Below are positions 1 to 13,300 of a DNA stretch of 64,000 nucleotides, in pieces; within the stretch, counting starts at the first letter, position 1; each line of letters begins with the position of its first letter. Under the pieces are notes generated by a model, which was not told the origin of the DNA, did no database searches, and saw nothing but the letters and a program-made list of their open reading frames with translations. Made by a program: the position numbers and the translations under genes. This stretch comes from Octopus vulgaris (Eukaryota). Location: NCBI GenBank assembly GCA_951406725.2, contig OX597822.1:37200001-37264000 (forward strand), written 5' to 3'.

Positions 1-1122
1 ATAAAGGGTTTAAGTCGATTACACCGACCCCAGTGTGTAACTGGTACTTATTTAATCGACCCCCGAAAGGATGAAAGGCAAAGTTGACCTCGGTGGAGTT
101 TGAACTCAGAATGTAATGGCAGACGAAATACCACTAAGCATTTCACCCGGCGTGCTAACGATTCTGCCAGCTCGCCGCCTTAGTATATTATAGGGTATTA
201 ATACAGTGTGTTAATGTGACAGAGATACAGGGTTGTTGACATACATGTACATTCTGGGGCTAATGTGTTAATGTGACAAAGTAATCAAGAGACACAGGTT
301 TGTAAATGGAAATAGAGAACATTCCATACCAACCAGTGTTGTGCAAAAACATGTGTTAGTATCATTCTATAACATGTATTGCTGGAACTTATACTGAGAA
401 TAGTGTCTAACAAGGTGTTTAAAGTCTAGAACAGGTGGTTAAGCTGTTCTGATATGAAGCATCCAAATGCACTTGGAACATCCAGTGAAGGGCTTCAAGC
501 GACTGTAATGTTGCAATGTATATGGAACTAATAATAATATAAACTCATGTTTATTTTAGTTCTCCTACATTTTTCTCAGTATTTCATAACTAGTAATACT
601 ACTGAGTATAGTAATTACTATACTGAAAACAGAGTGAAACATGAACATTTATATGGAGCATGAAAAATAATAGTAGCAGTCCTACATCAATTTGTATACA
701 CAATATATATACATACATACATAAACATATGCAGCTATGTGTGTGTGTGTTACTGCCTCTGTTTTGACATTGTGTGATAGTTGCAAGCAATTGTCCTTCG
801 TTTCCAATATTTTGTGAAAAATATTAGCTTGTTTGGAAGCAGATGAGGGTTGGCGACAGGAAGGGGATCTGGCCATAGAAAATCTGTCCCAATAAATTCT
901 GTCCAACCCATGTAAGCATAGAAAAGCGAATGTTAAAACAATGATGATGATGAATCAGAAATCAGGATTCTAAGAGGTTTGTATTGCAATATCAGACATT
1001 GCTTTTGCTAATTTAGAAACCAAATGACAGAAAATTAAAATAAACAACAACAAAATTAAAATAAACAACAACAACAAAATTAAAATAAACAACAAGAGCA
1101 GGAAAATCTTTTGTGTGCTTAC

Positions 1123-1342
1123 TCTGTGAATGGTGACGTTGAGAGTATTATGTTTCCTGGGAATTCAACGTCAAACCACAAACTGAAACCGTGAACACGA
1201 TTCCAGCCGTAGCATTTAAACTCAAAATTCTGTTGAATGTTTTCTATGTCGTGTAGCGTCACTTGGTGGATAGCCAAGGAACAAACTTGAACTGGTGGGG
1301 CAACTATGTCTTCCATCATCAGCTGTTTCAGTTCGACATTAG
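1123..1342 (-). CDS. PRMT6: PRMT6-like exon 11 (ANVELK...HGFSLWFDVEFPGNIILSTSPFTE)
   Basis: Beta-barrel HGF..WFDV.F and LSTSP motifs; GTAAG donor at 1122-1118. Confidence 0.95.
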
Positions 1343-4300
1343 CTGAAAATAGATTAAGATAGTACAAAGTGTGTGTGTGTTTGTGTTTGCATATACACAC
1401 ACACATTTATATGCATAAACATATATGAATATATATACTGCTTGATACCATAAGTCAGGGAGAAGATGCACTTGTATAACTGTTAGTAAAGTGGGTATAT
1501 TGTTTGAATTTTATAGTGTTAAATATCCAATACGGCTGGTCTTAACAATTGGTTCTGTGTAAAAATATATATAATGGAGGTAAGGCAACAAGCCAATTAT
1601 ATAAAATACGCTCGTCAGAAACACTCCATTATATATTTTTTACGCAAAATTGATTGGTAAGACGAGCCGTGATGGATATTTAACACTATAAAATTCAGAT
1701 AATATATATATATATATATATATATAATAATATTAGGGAGTAAATCCAAACTTACAGGGAAAAATTAGATTTAGGAATAAATCTAATTTTACAGTATAAT
1801 ATAAATTAAATTAGAGATAAAACCACCATTAGGCAAATCAAACAGTGAAAAACATAAGCCAAAACATAGAAATAAAAATAATTAATATAATATACAAAAT
1901 ATATTTAAAATTTAAATTATTTTTATTTCTATGTTTTGGTTTATGTTTTTCACTGTTCGATTTGCCTAATAGTGGTTTTATCTCTAATTTAATTTATGTA
2001 TATATATATATATATTATTATATGTAGAAAATTACAAACTGGGACAAGAACGCAAAACACTTAGAAGACGATACAAAAAACAACGGACAAGACATTCGAA
2101 GCCCTCAATCTTCAGTCAAGAACCGGATCATTGTAGCAATTTCGGCTGATTAATCTCTCTCTCTATATATATATATACATACACACATGCTGGCACTCTG
2201 TCAGTTCCAACAATGATTTTTCCATTTGATCCAATAAATTTATTATGAAATTTATTTTGACTAGAACTAAGTTTTGCTTGACAGTTTGAATAAGTTGTCA
2301 GTCCCACTGAAAATGGATTTTACCATACACACACACACACACATGTGTGTGTATATATAATGAATGAGAAAAGGAAGAAAATGGAGAAATTGTCATGCAG
2401 ATATCAGCTTATTTAAAGATATTCGAATCCATATATTTTTCACTGAACACTGGTATAAACCAGACAACTAGGATGCTAGCATCCCTTGAAAGATTATAGG
2501 TCCTTGACACAATTACATGTGTGTGTGTGTGAAGGAGAGAGAAAGTGAAAGTGTGTTATGTATACATGTGAAAGCTCAGAAAAAAAGGAGAATGAAGGAG
2601 GAGGGGTTGTGTTAAGCACAGCTGGAAGTAAGAAATGAGATGGAAAGTGAAGTGCAGAAGGAAGTAAGGATAGAAAGGGAGGGGTGAAATGCAGGTGGAG
2701 GTAAGGAAGGAAAGAGAGATAATTATAATACTAATTTAGAAAAATATGAAGAATTTTTTTAAAAATAATTGTGGTCATACGTTGAGGAGTGAAGAGGTTA
2801 CTCTACAGATCTTGCAAAATACATTTATACAGTTAATGTATTTATACAGTTTATGTAGAGACATATACTCTCATGCATACATATATGCACTCACTCACCT
2901 ACACACACACGTATAGACATGCGCATGCACACACAAACACATGCACTTAGTGCCATAAACACAAATTTCCTATAACAATGTCTGTAGATTTAACCCTTTA
3001 GCTTTCAGATTACTCTGTCAAAGGTAATATTATTTATCCACATTGTTTTGCAATTAATCATGCCTTATATGGTAGCTTTGAGATCACAATAATACTCTTT
3101 TACTCTTTACTCATTTACTTGTTTCAGTCATTTGACTGCGGCCATGCTGGAGCACCGCCTTTAGTCGAGCAAATTGACCCCAGGACTTATTCTTTGGAAG
3201 CCTAGTACTTATTCTATCGGTCTCTTTTGCTGAACCACTAAGTTACGGGAACATAAACAGACCAGCATCGGTTGTCAAGCGAGGCTGGGGAAACAAACAG
3301 ATACACAAACATACATATATATATACACATATACGACGGGCTTCTTTCAGTTTCTGTCTATCAAATCCACTCACAAGGCTTTGGTTGGCCCAAGGCTATA
3401 GTAGAAGACACTTGCCCAAGGTGCTACGCAGTGGGAATGAACCTGAAACCATGTGGTTGGTAAGCAAGCCACTTACCACACAGCCAGATTGTAGTATAAG
3501 TGTAAGGCCAGATCTGGCTGACTTGAACATAACACAGAATATTTGGGCCAGATATAACTGGTTTAAACACTAAAGAGTTAATGAAGTAATAGAAATTACC
3601 AACCTGAAATACATTTCTTGGCAAATGGGATCATGCTTTTCATAGCAACTTTGTATCGACTGGCCATATCTTCCCAAAGACCAAGCCTGCAAATAAAAAC
3701 ACACTTTTCACCATACAATACAACATGTCACCATCACAGACAAGATTTCAACACAGTTACCTCCTTCAATATATCAACAATGTCACACACAAGATATCAA
3801 CACAGTCAACCATATTGGTGCAGGCATGGCTGTGTGGTATGAAGCTTGCTTCCCAACCACATGGTTCCAGATTCAGTACCACTATGTAGCACCTTGGGTT
3901 GCTATAGTAGAATAAGAAAGCAATCTTCTCAACCACACGGCCATACCTGCACTCATGCTTTTTCTTTCAAAAATTTCAATTGGCTGACCTTATTGAAGTT
4001 ATCTTCCTTGCTTGTTTCAGATTTTAAACACCCATAGAGCTTTTGTATTGTAATTTCATGAATAAGTCTCACTTATTCAAAGTTTCTCAACTCAATATAT
4101 TAGATAGATTATATATTTTATTTAAAGTATAAAAGCAAGAGATAGCTTGGTGGCTGCTGCAGGAATGAGGAGCTGAACTACTGTCCACAGAGTTTTAGGT
4201 TCAAGTTTTATGACTGATATTGTGATGTCATTGAGTAAGGAACATAACTGTTCGTTTCAGCTTGTCTGACTGAATAAAGACATCAGAAAACAAATGAAAG

Positions 4301-6878
4301 AACACAGCAACAGCGTATGAAGAAGAGAAGGACAAGAGATTGAAAAAAAAAAAAAGAAAGAACATTTTCTAAAATGTAACAGCAGAAAACAGAAGGAAGC
4401 CAAGAAGAAGTATGAGACAGAAGAGAGAAGACAGAAGCTGAAATAAAAGAGAAACAGTTGAGATTTAAGAAGCAGGTTAAGTACTTACCTATCTTCATAA
4501 TCTTCATCTACAAAAGGGGCAATATAAAGGGTAGCAGTAGACGGAAATAAATAACCATTCTGAAATAGAAGAATATTTTAGTATGTCAATGGTGGTTGTC
4601 ATTGGTGGTATTACTGGTAGTGAGAGTAATAGGTAATTGTGTCATGATGGTAATAGTGATTGTAGTGGGATGTGTTGTGTGTGGTACTGGCATTACAAGT
4701 GGCACTGGTGTTGTGTGTGGTACAGATGTTGTGTGGTACTGGTGTAGTGTGTGGTAATGGTGCTGTGTGTGTTGACAATCAATGATGATGATTGTTGTGG
4801 TTGTAGTGAGAGGGGATTATTAGTTAATGTGGTGGTGACGTGACTGGTTGTGGTGATTGTAGGTGAGGTGTTGCTAGTAGTGGTTCTAATGGTAGAAGAA
4901 TTTGTGGGTGGCACAGGTGATTATTGGTGGTAGTGGTGTTAATGATGGTGGTGGTGGTGGTAGGAATTTAGTTTTAACTACAAGAGAGTAGAGTAGAGGA
5001 AAAGAAGGAGAATAGAAGTGAGTGAAGAAATATGAGAGAGAGAGAGAGAAGAACAAACAAAGAAGAGAAACAATGGAGAAGGAGGTTTAGTGCCTACTTA
5101 CCGATTTGAGCCATGTATCACGTGCATGAATAACAGACTTCAGCATAGATTCATACAACAAGCAGTAACCCTGAAAACACAAGAAAGAGTATGTTGTAAT
5201 TTGTTTGAAGCATTGCAATACGCGTAAATGAGAGGTTTGTGAAAACTTTTGGGCAATACCAGTGAGGAGTTACACAAAGTATGGAGGTGATGGCAATAAA
5301 TGAAAGCAGAGAAAAGATATTGTATTACCTTGCATAGATTGTTTAATGGTTGTAAACTACTTGGGGAAAATTTCTTTATTTTTCAAATACAAGAAAATAA
5401 CCAAAGTTCAGAAAAATGTCTTGCATCGGCAGACTATTCTAGTGTCATCTTCATCATCGTTTAACGTCCGTTTTCCATGCTAGCATGGGTTGGATGATTC
5501 AACCGAGGTCTGGGAAGCCAGGAGGCTGCACCAAGCTACAGTCTGATCTGGCAGTGTTTCTACAGCCGGATGCCCTTCCTAACGCTAACCACTCCGTGAG
5601 TGTAGTGGGTGCTTTTTACGTGCCACCGGCACAGGGGCCAGGGTAGGCTGGCAACGGCCACAATCGGTTGGTGCTTCTTACGTGCCACCAGCATGAAAGC
5701 CTGTCAATGTGGCACTGGCATCGGCCATGTTTGGATGGTGCTTTTTACATGCCACCAGCATGGGTATCACAACGTGTTGCAACAAAAAAGCATTACTGAA
5801 ATTAACTTGTACTCCAACTCAATTAGTAGTTATGGTTGGTTGAGATATACAGTATCAGTACTGTCAAGTAGTGTCATATAGCCATAGTAGCAGCAATAGC
5901 AGATATCACAGCATGACTTGTTAAAGTGCCTGAACAAAGGGACAGTGGAAAAGGTCACTGAACAATAGCTGAACTTTAAGGTAAAATTAATCAGTAGAGG
6001 AAATATTTTGAGAATTTCTAGGTTCAAATAGATTATCTAAAGCTGTAGCGTTTAGCAAAGGATGTTGTTGTAATGTGGTTAATGTGCTAACGAATCAGGC
6101 AGCTCACTGTCTGATCATAATCATAATAATAATAATAATTTCTTTACTGGCTAAAATTTATGATTTGTAACCTTGGCAACACAGGGCTACAAATTTCACA
6201 GCATGCATAGCCAATTCCAAATAAAAGCACTTTAGTTGTTTGAATGTTTGTGCACACATGGGTTAAGTTATCAGATTACTGACCTAAGCTGATGAGATCA
6301 AATCTTACTACAGCCATTGTTATACCCCTTGAGAGGAATGCGGGTTCGTTTCTAAGGGTACATTGTTTTAAGCTTGGCTTGCTTTGGTCTGCTTGGTTGA
6401 TGAAATTTTAGATGCAATGAAATAACCAGACTGGAAAAGCAACAAATGAAACAAATACAAACAAAATCCATTAAGGAAGACAATAACTCACCATCCATTC
6501 ACTGACAATGATGTCAACTTTCTCAGGAAGAACAATATCCTGCAAGAAAACAGAAAATATATATAAATATATATATTCTTTTACTCTTTTATTTATTTCA
6601 GTCATCTAACTGCGGCCATGCAGGAGCACCTCTTTAAAGGGTTTTAGTCAAAGAAATAGACCCCAGGGCTTATAATCTGTAAGCCTAGAACTTATTTTCT
6701 CGGTGTCTTTTGCTGGACTGCTAAGTTATGGGGACATGAAGTCACCAGCATCAGTTGTCAAGCAGTGGGGAGGGGGGGGACAAACACACACACACACACA
6801 CATATATATATGTGGCTTTTGTGCTGGTGGCAAGTAAAAAGCATCAACCAATCATGGCCATTGCCAGCCTCCTCTGGC

Positions 6879-6926
<48 letters not shown>

Positions 6927-9900
6927 TGGGCTTCTTTCAGTTTCCATCTACCAAATCCACTCACAAGGCTTTGGTCGACCTGAGGCTATAAGTAGGAGAC
7001 ACTTGCCCATGGTGTCATGCAGTGGGACTGAACCCAGAACCATGTGGTTGGTTAGCAAGCTACTTACCACACAGTCACTTCTGCACCTTGTGTGTGTGTG
7101 TATGTATGTGTGTGTGTATGTGTGCATATACACACACACTTATAAAGTGGATGAAGAAATTTGAAGGGTTGCTTTGGTACAATGGTAGAATGTCTGTCAT
7201 GTATACAGATGATGTGGGTTCAAGTCCCAGGAACAGCCTTCAACCTTTTTCATACAAAGGGTTTTTTTAACCCAATATTTACATGTATTATTTACTTTGA
7301 GTTCTACCATTACAAAATGGATAAAAAAAAAAGATTTATTTCATGTCTCCTCAAGTTTCTAGATTTGCAGGTAACACTGTATTCTGCCTTAATTGCTGTG
7401 TCTTGTCCCAAATGTTCTCTTTATTGTATTTATCAACATTGTGTCCTGCCTCTACCCTGGCTAGCAACAAACTGTCTCCTGCCATCTTACCTCCACTTTT
7501 CCTTTTATCACAGATATCTTTGAGTCCATGCCATTCTCTTTGATGACAAGTTGTGTCTGAACTACCATGTTGCTAGCTTCAATGGCGTACACTGAAATGA
7601 CAGAGAGGGAAGAGAGAAAGAGAATCAGAGAGGGTGAGAGCCAGAGATAGAGGGAGGGAGTCAGAAAGATAGAGAATGAAATAGAGGGTGAGTGTTACAG
7701 AGAGATAGAGGGAAAGAATTAGTGAGAGGTGGTGGTGGTTAAAAATAAAGACATGCTTTAAAAAAGTCAACAGTACACTTACAAAAACAAAAGCCAATGT
7801 AGTTAAACTAAGATTTGTTTGGAGATCAGTGAAGTGGCAAGATGCATAAATAAATAAATGATATTTAGTTTTAACTTGTCAATTCTGAATTCTTGATCCA
7901 GCTTACCCTTCATTTTGCCAGTGTTCATGGAATGAAGTACCAGTAATACATTGAGATTATCAATTGATTGAACTATAACACCTCCCACAACACCACAACA
8001 TAAAAGACAACAAAGAAGCTTCTACACAGTCATTAACCCTGTTAGAAATAGCAGCCAGATTCCTTCAAATTACACCCTACTGTCTTAGAAAAAGAAAAGA
8101 TATACTGGATTATGCTAGTCCTAGATATGCAAAAGATGGACTGATCACAGCTGGAATAACTTTAATCAGATATTGTGTTGTTTGTGTTGAGCATCTATAA
8201 TGCTGAGCAAGGCTAACCTGAAGCTAAACAATACCAACAAGAACCAGTTTCACCAATCCAAAATGGGAGCTTTTAAGCAATGGATTTGAGCAACTTGGGA
8301 TAAAACAATATCATCATCAACATTTAATGTCTGTTTTTCACAGCAAGCATAAGTTGGATGGCTGGACATGAGCTGGCAAGCCAGAGGACTGCATTAAGCA
8401 CCAATGTCTACTTTGGTATGGTTTCTATGGCTGGATGCTATTCCTAATGCCAGCCACTTCATGGAGCATACTGGGTGCATTCTACGTAGCTAGATTGAGA
8501 AAGGATGAAGGCTGGACATAGGACTGGTACTCCTACTCCATAAAAAGACTCATGCACCACAGAAACCACTAAAGTGACCTGTTTCCATGAGACAAGAGGA
8601 ACCAGATGACCAGCACCAGTGAGGTCACCAAGTAACTCACAAGACAAGATCCTTTGATTGAGGGATGTAATTTCAAAGGAGGTAGCCAGATGATAAGAGG
8701 TTAAAGTATGATAGAGAGACAGGTATGGGTGTCTTGTAGAAGTGATACTTGGTTAACCCAGTTAAGAAAGAGAGAAATTGGGGATGAAGTTATCTCAGGG
8801 TGTACCCTCATGTTACAGGAAAATGCATTTACAAAAGTGAACCCATAATTCTTTTACTATTCTGAGAATAAAAGTGTAATGTCTGAGTGAATGAAGTATT
8901 ACACAACCAAATCAAAAATCAGTTCAAATGAAGACACTGCTAAAAGTACTGAAGTACCATTTCCTAAAACAATCAACATAATCAACTATATGGAAGTGTA
9001 CAACCAATTTTCTTAAGTCCATTCGTAAGTTATTATCAATGAAAAATGTCCTTAAGTTACTAAACCTGACTGTTTACCAAGTTTGGGATGTTGTTATAAT
9101 CAAACTTCCTGCCTAACAATGTAGTACAAAATATTACCAAAGTTTGAAATTGACCAACAAGCATGCAATGATTTGATCACATGATATAATACTTTGAAAT
9201 GGCCAATCAAACCGAAAATAAAAGCTCCACAACTGAACCAAAAAATTACAAACACAATGTCTGATTAAAGTTATTCCAGCTGTGACCAGTCCATCTTTTG
9301 CATATCTAGGACTAGCATAAAAGAGGAGGCTTATTCCATCAAAATGAAAGTAAAATTAAATAAAAAGAGATAAAGCTAAAGGCAAACAAGGATTTAATTA
9401 ATAATTTTACCATTACCAATACATTATTGGTACAATATATACATCACATTGCCAGATGTATATCACAACCAAGATGTTATTTAAAGACTTTCCAAAAGCT
9501 TACTTTGTAATGGGTTAGAGGTATTAGGACAACTGATAAAACACAAAAATATTGGGATAACTAAGAGTACATACATTATATGTATTGGAATTACAAATAT
9601 ACTGCATGGGGAGTCCGATAGGACACAAGAGTAGTGGTAACTGATTGAAGACAAGGATGGAGAGATAACTGATAAAACAATGTGACTATTAAGACAGTGG
9701 CTCCTACCTTTCTTGGCACCAGCATGAATGCAAAATATACTAAGAATTCCTGAAATAGAAAACATACAAATATTAGTATCAATATATGCGTGCGCACGCG
9801 CACACACACACACACACATACACACACATTCAATCAATTGAAAGGTTACAAAGGTGACTTAAGGGCTGAATTTGATGTATGGCATATTATCATGCACAAA

Positions 9901-10269
9901 ACTCCGACACTTGAGTCATTCTTGAAATTTTTTTAATTTTTCAGCTCATCATCATCATCATTGTTTAACATCCACTTTCCATGCTGGCATGGGTTGGACG
10001 GTTTGACTGGGGACTCGTGAGCCAGATGGCTGCACCAGGCTCCAATCTGATCTGGCAGAGTTTCTACAGCTGGATGCCCTTCCTAACGCCAACCACTCCG
10101 AGAGTGTAGTGGGTGCTTTTACATGGCACTGGCATGAAGGCCAGTCAGGCAGTACTGGCAACGACCACGCTCAAATGGTGTTTTTATGTGTCACCTGCAC
10201 AGGAGCCAGTCCAGTGGCACTAGCAATGCCCTCGCTCAAATGATGTTTTTCATGTACCACTGGTACAAG

Positions 10270-10308
<39 letters not shown>

Positions 10309-13300
10309 CATCATCATCATTTAAGGCCCGTTTTCCATGCTGGCATGGATTGGATAGTTTGACAGCATCCAACAATCTGGAGGACTACATCAACCTCAAG
10401 TGTCTGTTTTGGCATGATTTCTACAGCTACATGTCCTTCCTAACAGCAAACACTTTACAGAGCGTATTGTGTACATTTTCATGACACTGACACTAAGGAG
10501 GTTGCCAAGTAATTCACAAGGCAAAAAGAAGAAACCCCTTCGGTTGAGTGGATTTGTAGCAGAGGATGAGAGGGCTTTATACCAGGTGTAGAGAGGCTAA
10601 ATTATGATAGAGGAACAGGCACAAGTGTCTTGCTATACAGGAGTAACATGGTTAACCAACATTATAAAAGATTAGGTGGAATTAGCTGGGAAGATGATGA
10701 AAATGTTGGCGACAAGATATCAGAATGTACTTTCAAGGTACAACAAGGAGTATAAGATAAAAAATACAGTCATGGGATTGGGAAGACTAGAAATAGGGGT
10801 AGAGGTGACTGTAGAGGTGAATGATGAACAAGGGTAGAGGTGTGGTCAATGATAAATATTAGCAAGGGTGGGCACTGAAAGATATAGGAGTGACTCACGA
10901 AGGTGGAGGTAACAAGTGACAGTATAGGAAGGGTGGAAAGCAGCAGTATAATAAAGTGGTAGACAGATCAGAAAATAGGGAGATGTGCAAGGTGAGAAAA
11001 TATGGGGAAGACAGAAAGATGAATCTACCTGTACCAGCACCAATGTCAGCAATGACTTTGTCTTTAAATAATTCCTGATTCTTGAGAATTGCCTCCCTGG
11101 AATATAACAAACATTTTGGTTAGTGTCAGAGGTGTGTGGTTATAGCATAAGATATCTATCTTTTATCATTTACTTGTTTCAGTCATTGGACTGCAGCCAT
11201 GCTGGGGCACCACTTTGAAGCATTTAGTTGAACATCAGGTGTCTTGGGGAAATTTCAAACCTGAGTTCTCATTCCTAAGGTATTTTTCGATGCTGTATTA
11301 TTATTATTATTCAGGTCACTGCCTGGAATCGATCTCGGAATCTTGGAGTTAGTAGCCCATGCTCTTAACCACTACGCCACGGGCATATGGTGTAGTGGTT
11401 AAGAGTGCAGGCTCCTAAATCCAAGATTCCGAGTTCAATTCCAAGCAGTGACCGGAATAATAATAATAATAATAATAATAACAACATCAAAAAATACCTT
11501 AGGAATGAGAACCCAGGTTCAAAATTTCCCCAAGACACCTGATGAAAGCTGGACAGTATATCAGCCGAAATGTTGTGTTAACAACAAACAAGATGAGGAC
11601 AAATATCTGTCAAATGTAAATAATGTAAATAATGAAGTTTCTGTAACTACTGTTGCTTCTATGTAAAGTGAAGCACTCATACACACACACACACAGATAC
11701 AGTGTAATGTAACTTATGTAAGACACTCAACACAATAACTGTAATGAGGTTTAAATGCTGCTAATACTCATCTACCTGAGACTACTACTCTTGATTATGA
11801 TATACTCTTTAACTTGTTTAAGTCATTTGACTGTGGCCATGCTGGAGCACCACCTTTAGTCGACTCCAGGACTCTTTGTATACCTAATACTTATTCTATT
11901 GGTCTCTTTGGCTGAACTGCTAATTTACAGGGACATAAACACACCAGCATTGGTTGGCAAGTGATGTTGGGGGAACAAACACAGACACACACACGGTGGG
12001 CTTCTTTCAGTTTCCATCTACCAAATCCACTCAAGGCTTTGGTTGGTCCGAGGCTATAGTAAAAGACACTTGCCCAAGGTGCCATGCAGTGGGACTGAAC
12101 CTGGAACCATGTAGTTGGTAAACTATCTACTTATCTCACAGCCAATTTTTTTTATCTTATATATTTATAAACATTATATGCATGTGTGTGTTCGTGTATC
12201 TATGAATGTGCATGCACTTATATATTATAAAATAAAACCTTTCGTTTTAAAATGTTTATATTATAATTGAAACCACCCATCATAATTTTACGTAAGATAC
12301 CACTTTATTATGTTCCAAAAACTAACTTAATTCTTGATGAACTTCAGGAGTAGTAGTGTATTTTATTAGAAAGATGGTCAAAAAAAGGTTTAAATTCATC
12401 ACTGTGTTTAGTTGTGTAGCACCCTAGCCTTACTGTCTTTGGCTCTCCATAAATATTTATACAAGTAGAAAATACATATGACAAAAAGGCAACAAAATAA
12501 ATTGAAACACAAAGAGACAAATGAAGCAAGGACACAGCAGCAAAGGTAAATAAAATATTGAGCAATTTCTCACCTGTAGGTCATTGTGCGGACAGTGTCC
12601 ATAAGCATCTCTTCATGTACTTCTATACTAGCATAGCCACTGCAAGTAGTTAAGAAGTAATTAGAAAACAAAGTATTACAAAATGTCAGAGGTGGGTAAG
12701 GGACAACAACAGCTGTCATTCTTTGGCCTATAGACTCATGTTAAGTGTAGGCCCATTCAATCAGATCATTAAAAAGCTCATCAGCTCCCTATTATCTTCA
12801 ATAATGCCAAACAATACACTTCTGGGATTTCGAACCCATAATCAGTGAAGCTCATTATACAGGAGAGTGTGCATTATATATGAATAGAAAATGGTAAACA
12901 GGAAGAGAACTCACTTGAAATACAACTGGTCTGTTTCAGATTCTGATTCCTTATCTCTTTGGCACAAACTGGAATAAAACAGAGATTGAATGAGAAGAAT
13001 GATAGCAGTAAATAAAGATTGGCAAAGACAGATTTAGAAAGAATGGAAATGTTGGAAACAGTGAATCAAGAGCTTTCAACAAAAATACGTGTGCTTATGT
13101 GTGTGTCTCTATATATATATATAGGGAGAGTTTACAAGACTACAAATATGAGGGGTGGGGAACATCTTTAACACCATCTCATAGCATAAAGTTGACTTCC
13201 AACACACATACCTCAAGATTTGTAGTCTTGCAAGCTGCATGGCAATCTCGTTAGTTCCAGTGGCACAAAAAAGAGTGGTTGGTGTTAGCGAGACCATCCA

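Noticed and set aside
300-560. Possible last PRMT6 exon containing the THW loop
   Set aside because: Only a QHW in an unconvincing context with no suitable phase-2 acceptor; the true exon is probably left of the window.
2040-2155. Second hammerhead-like motif on the minus strand (ctgaaga...cgaa)
   Set aside because: Core and stems too degenerate to support, though it may be a decayed Penelope-like terminus next to the hairpins.
11387-11455. tRNA-like sequence (also the heads of SINE families A and B)
   Set aside because: No clean cloverleaf or acceptor stem; part of dispersed repeats, so not called as tRNA genes.
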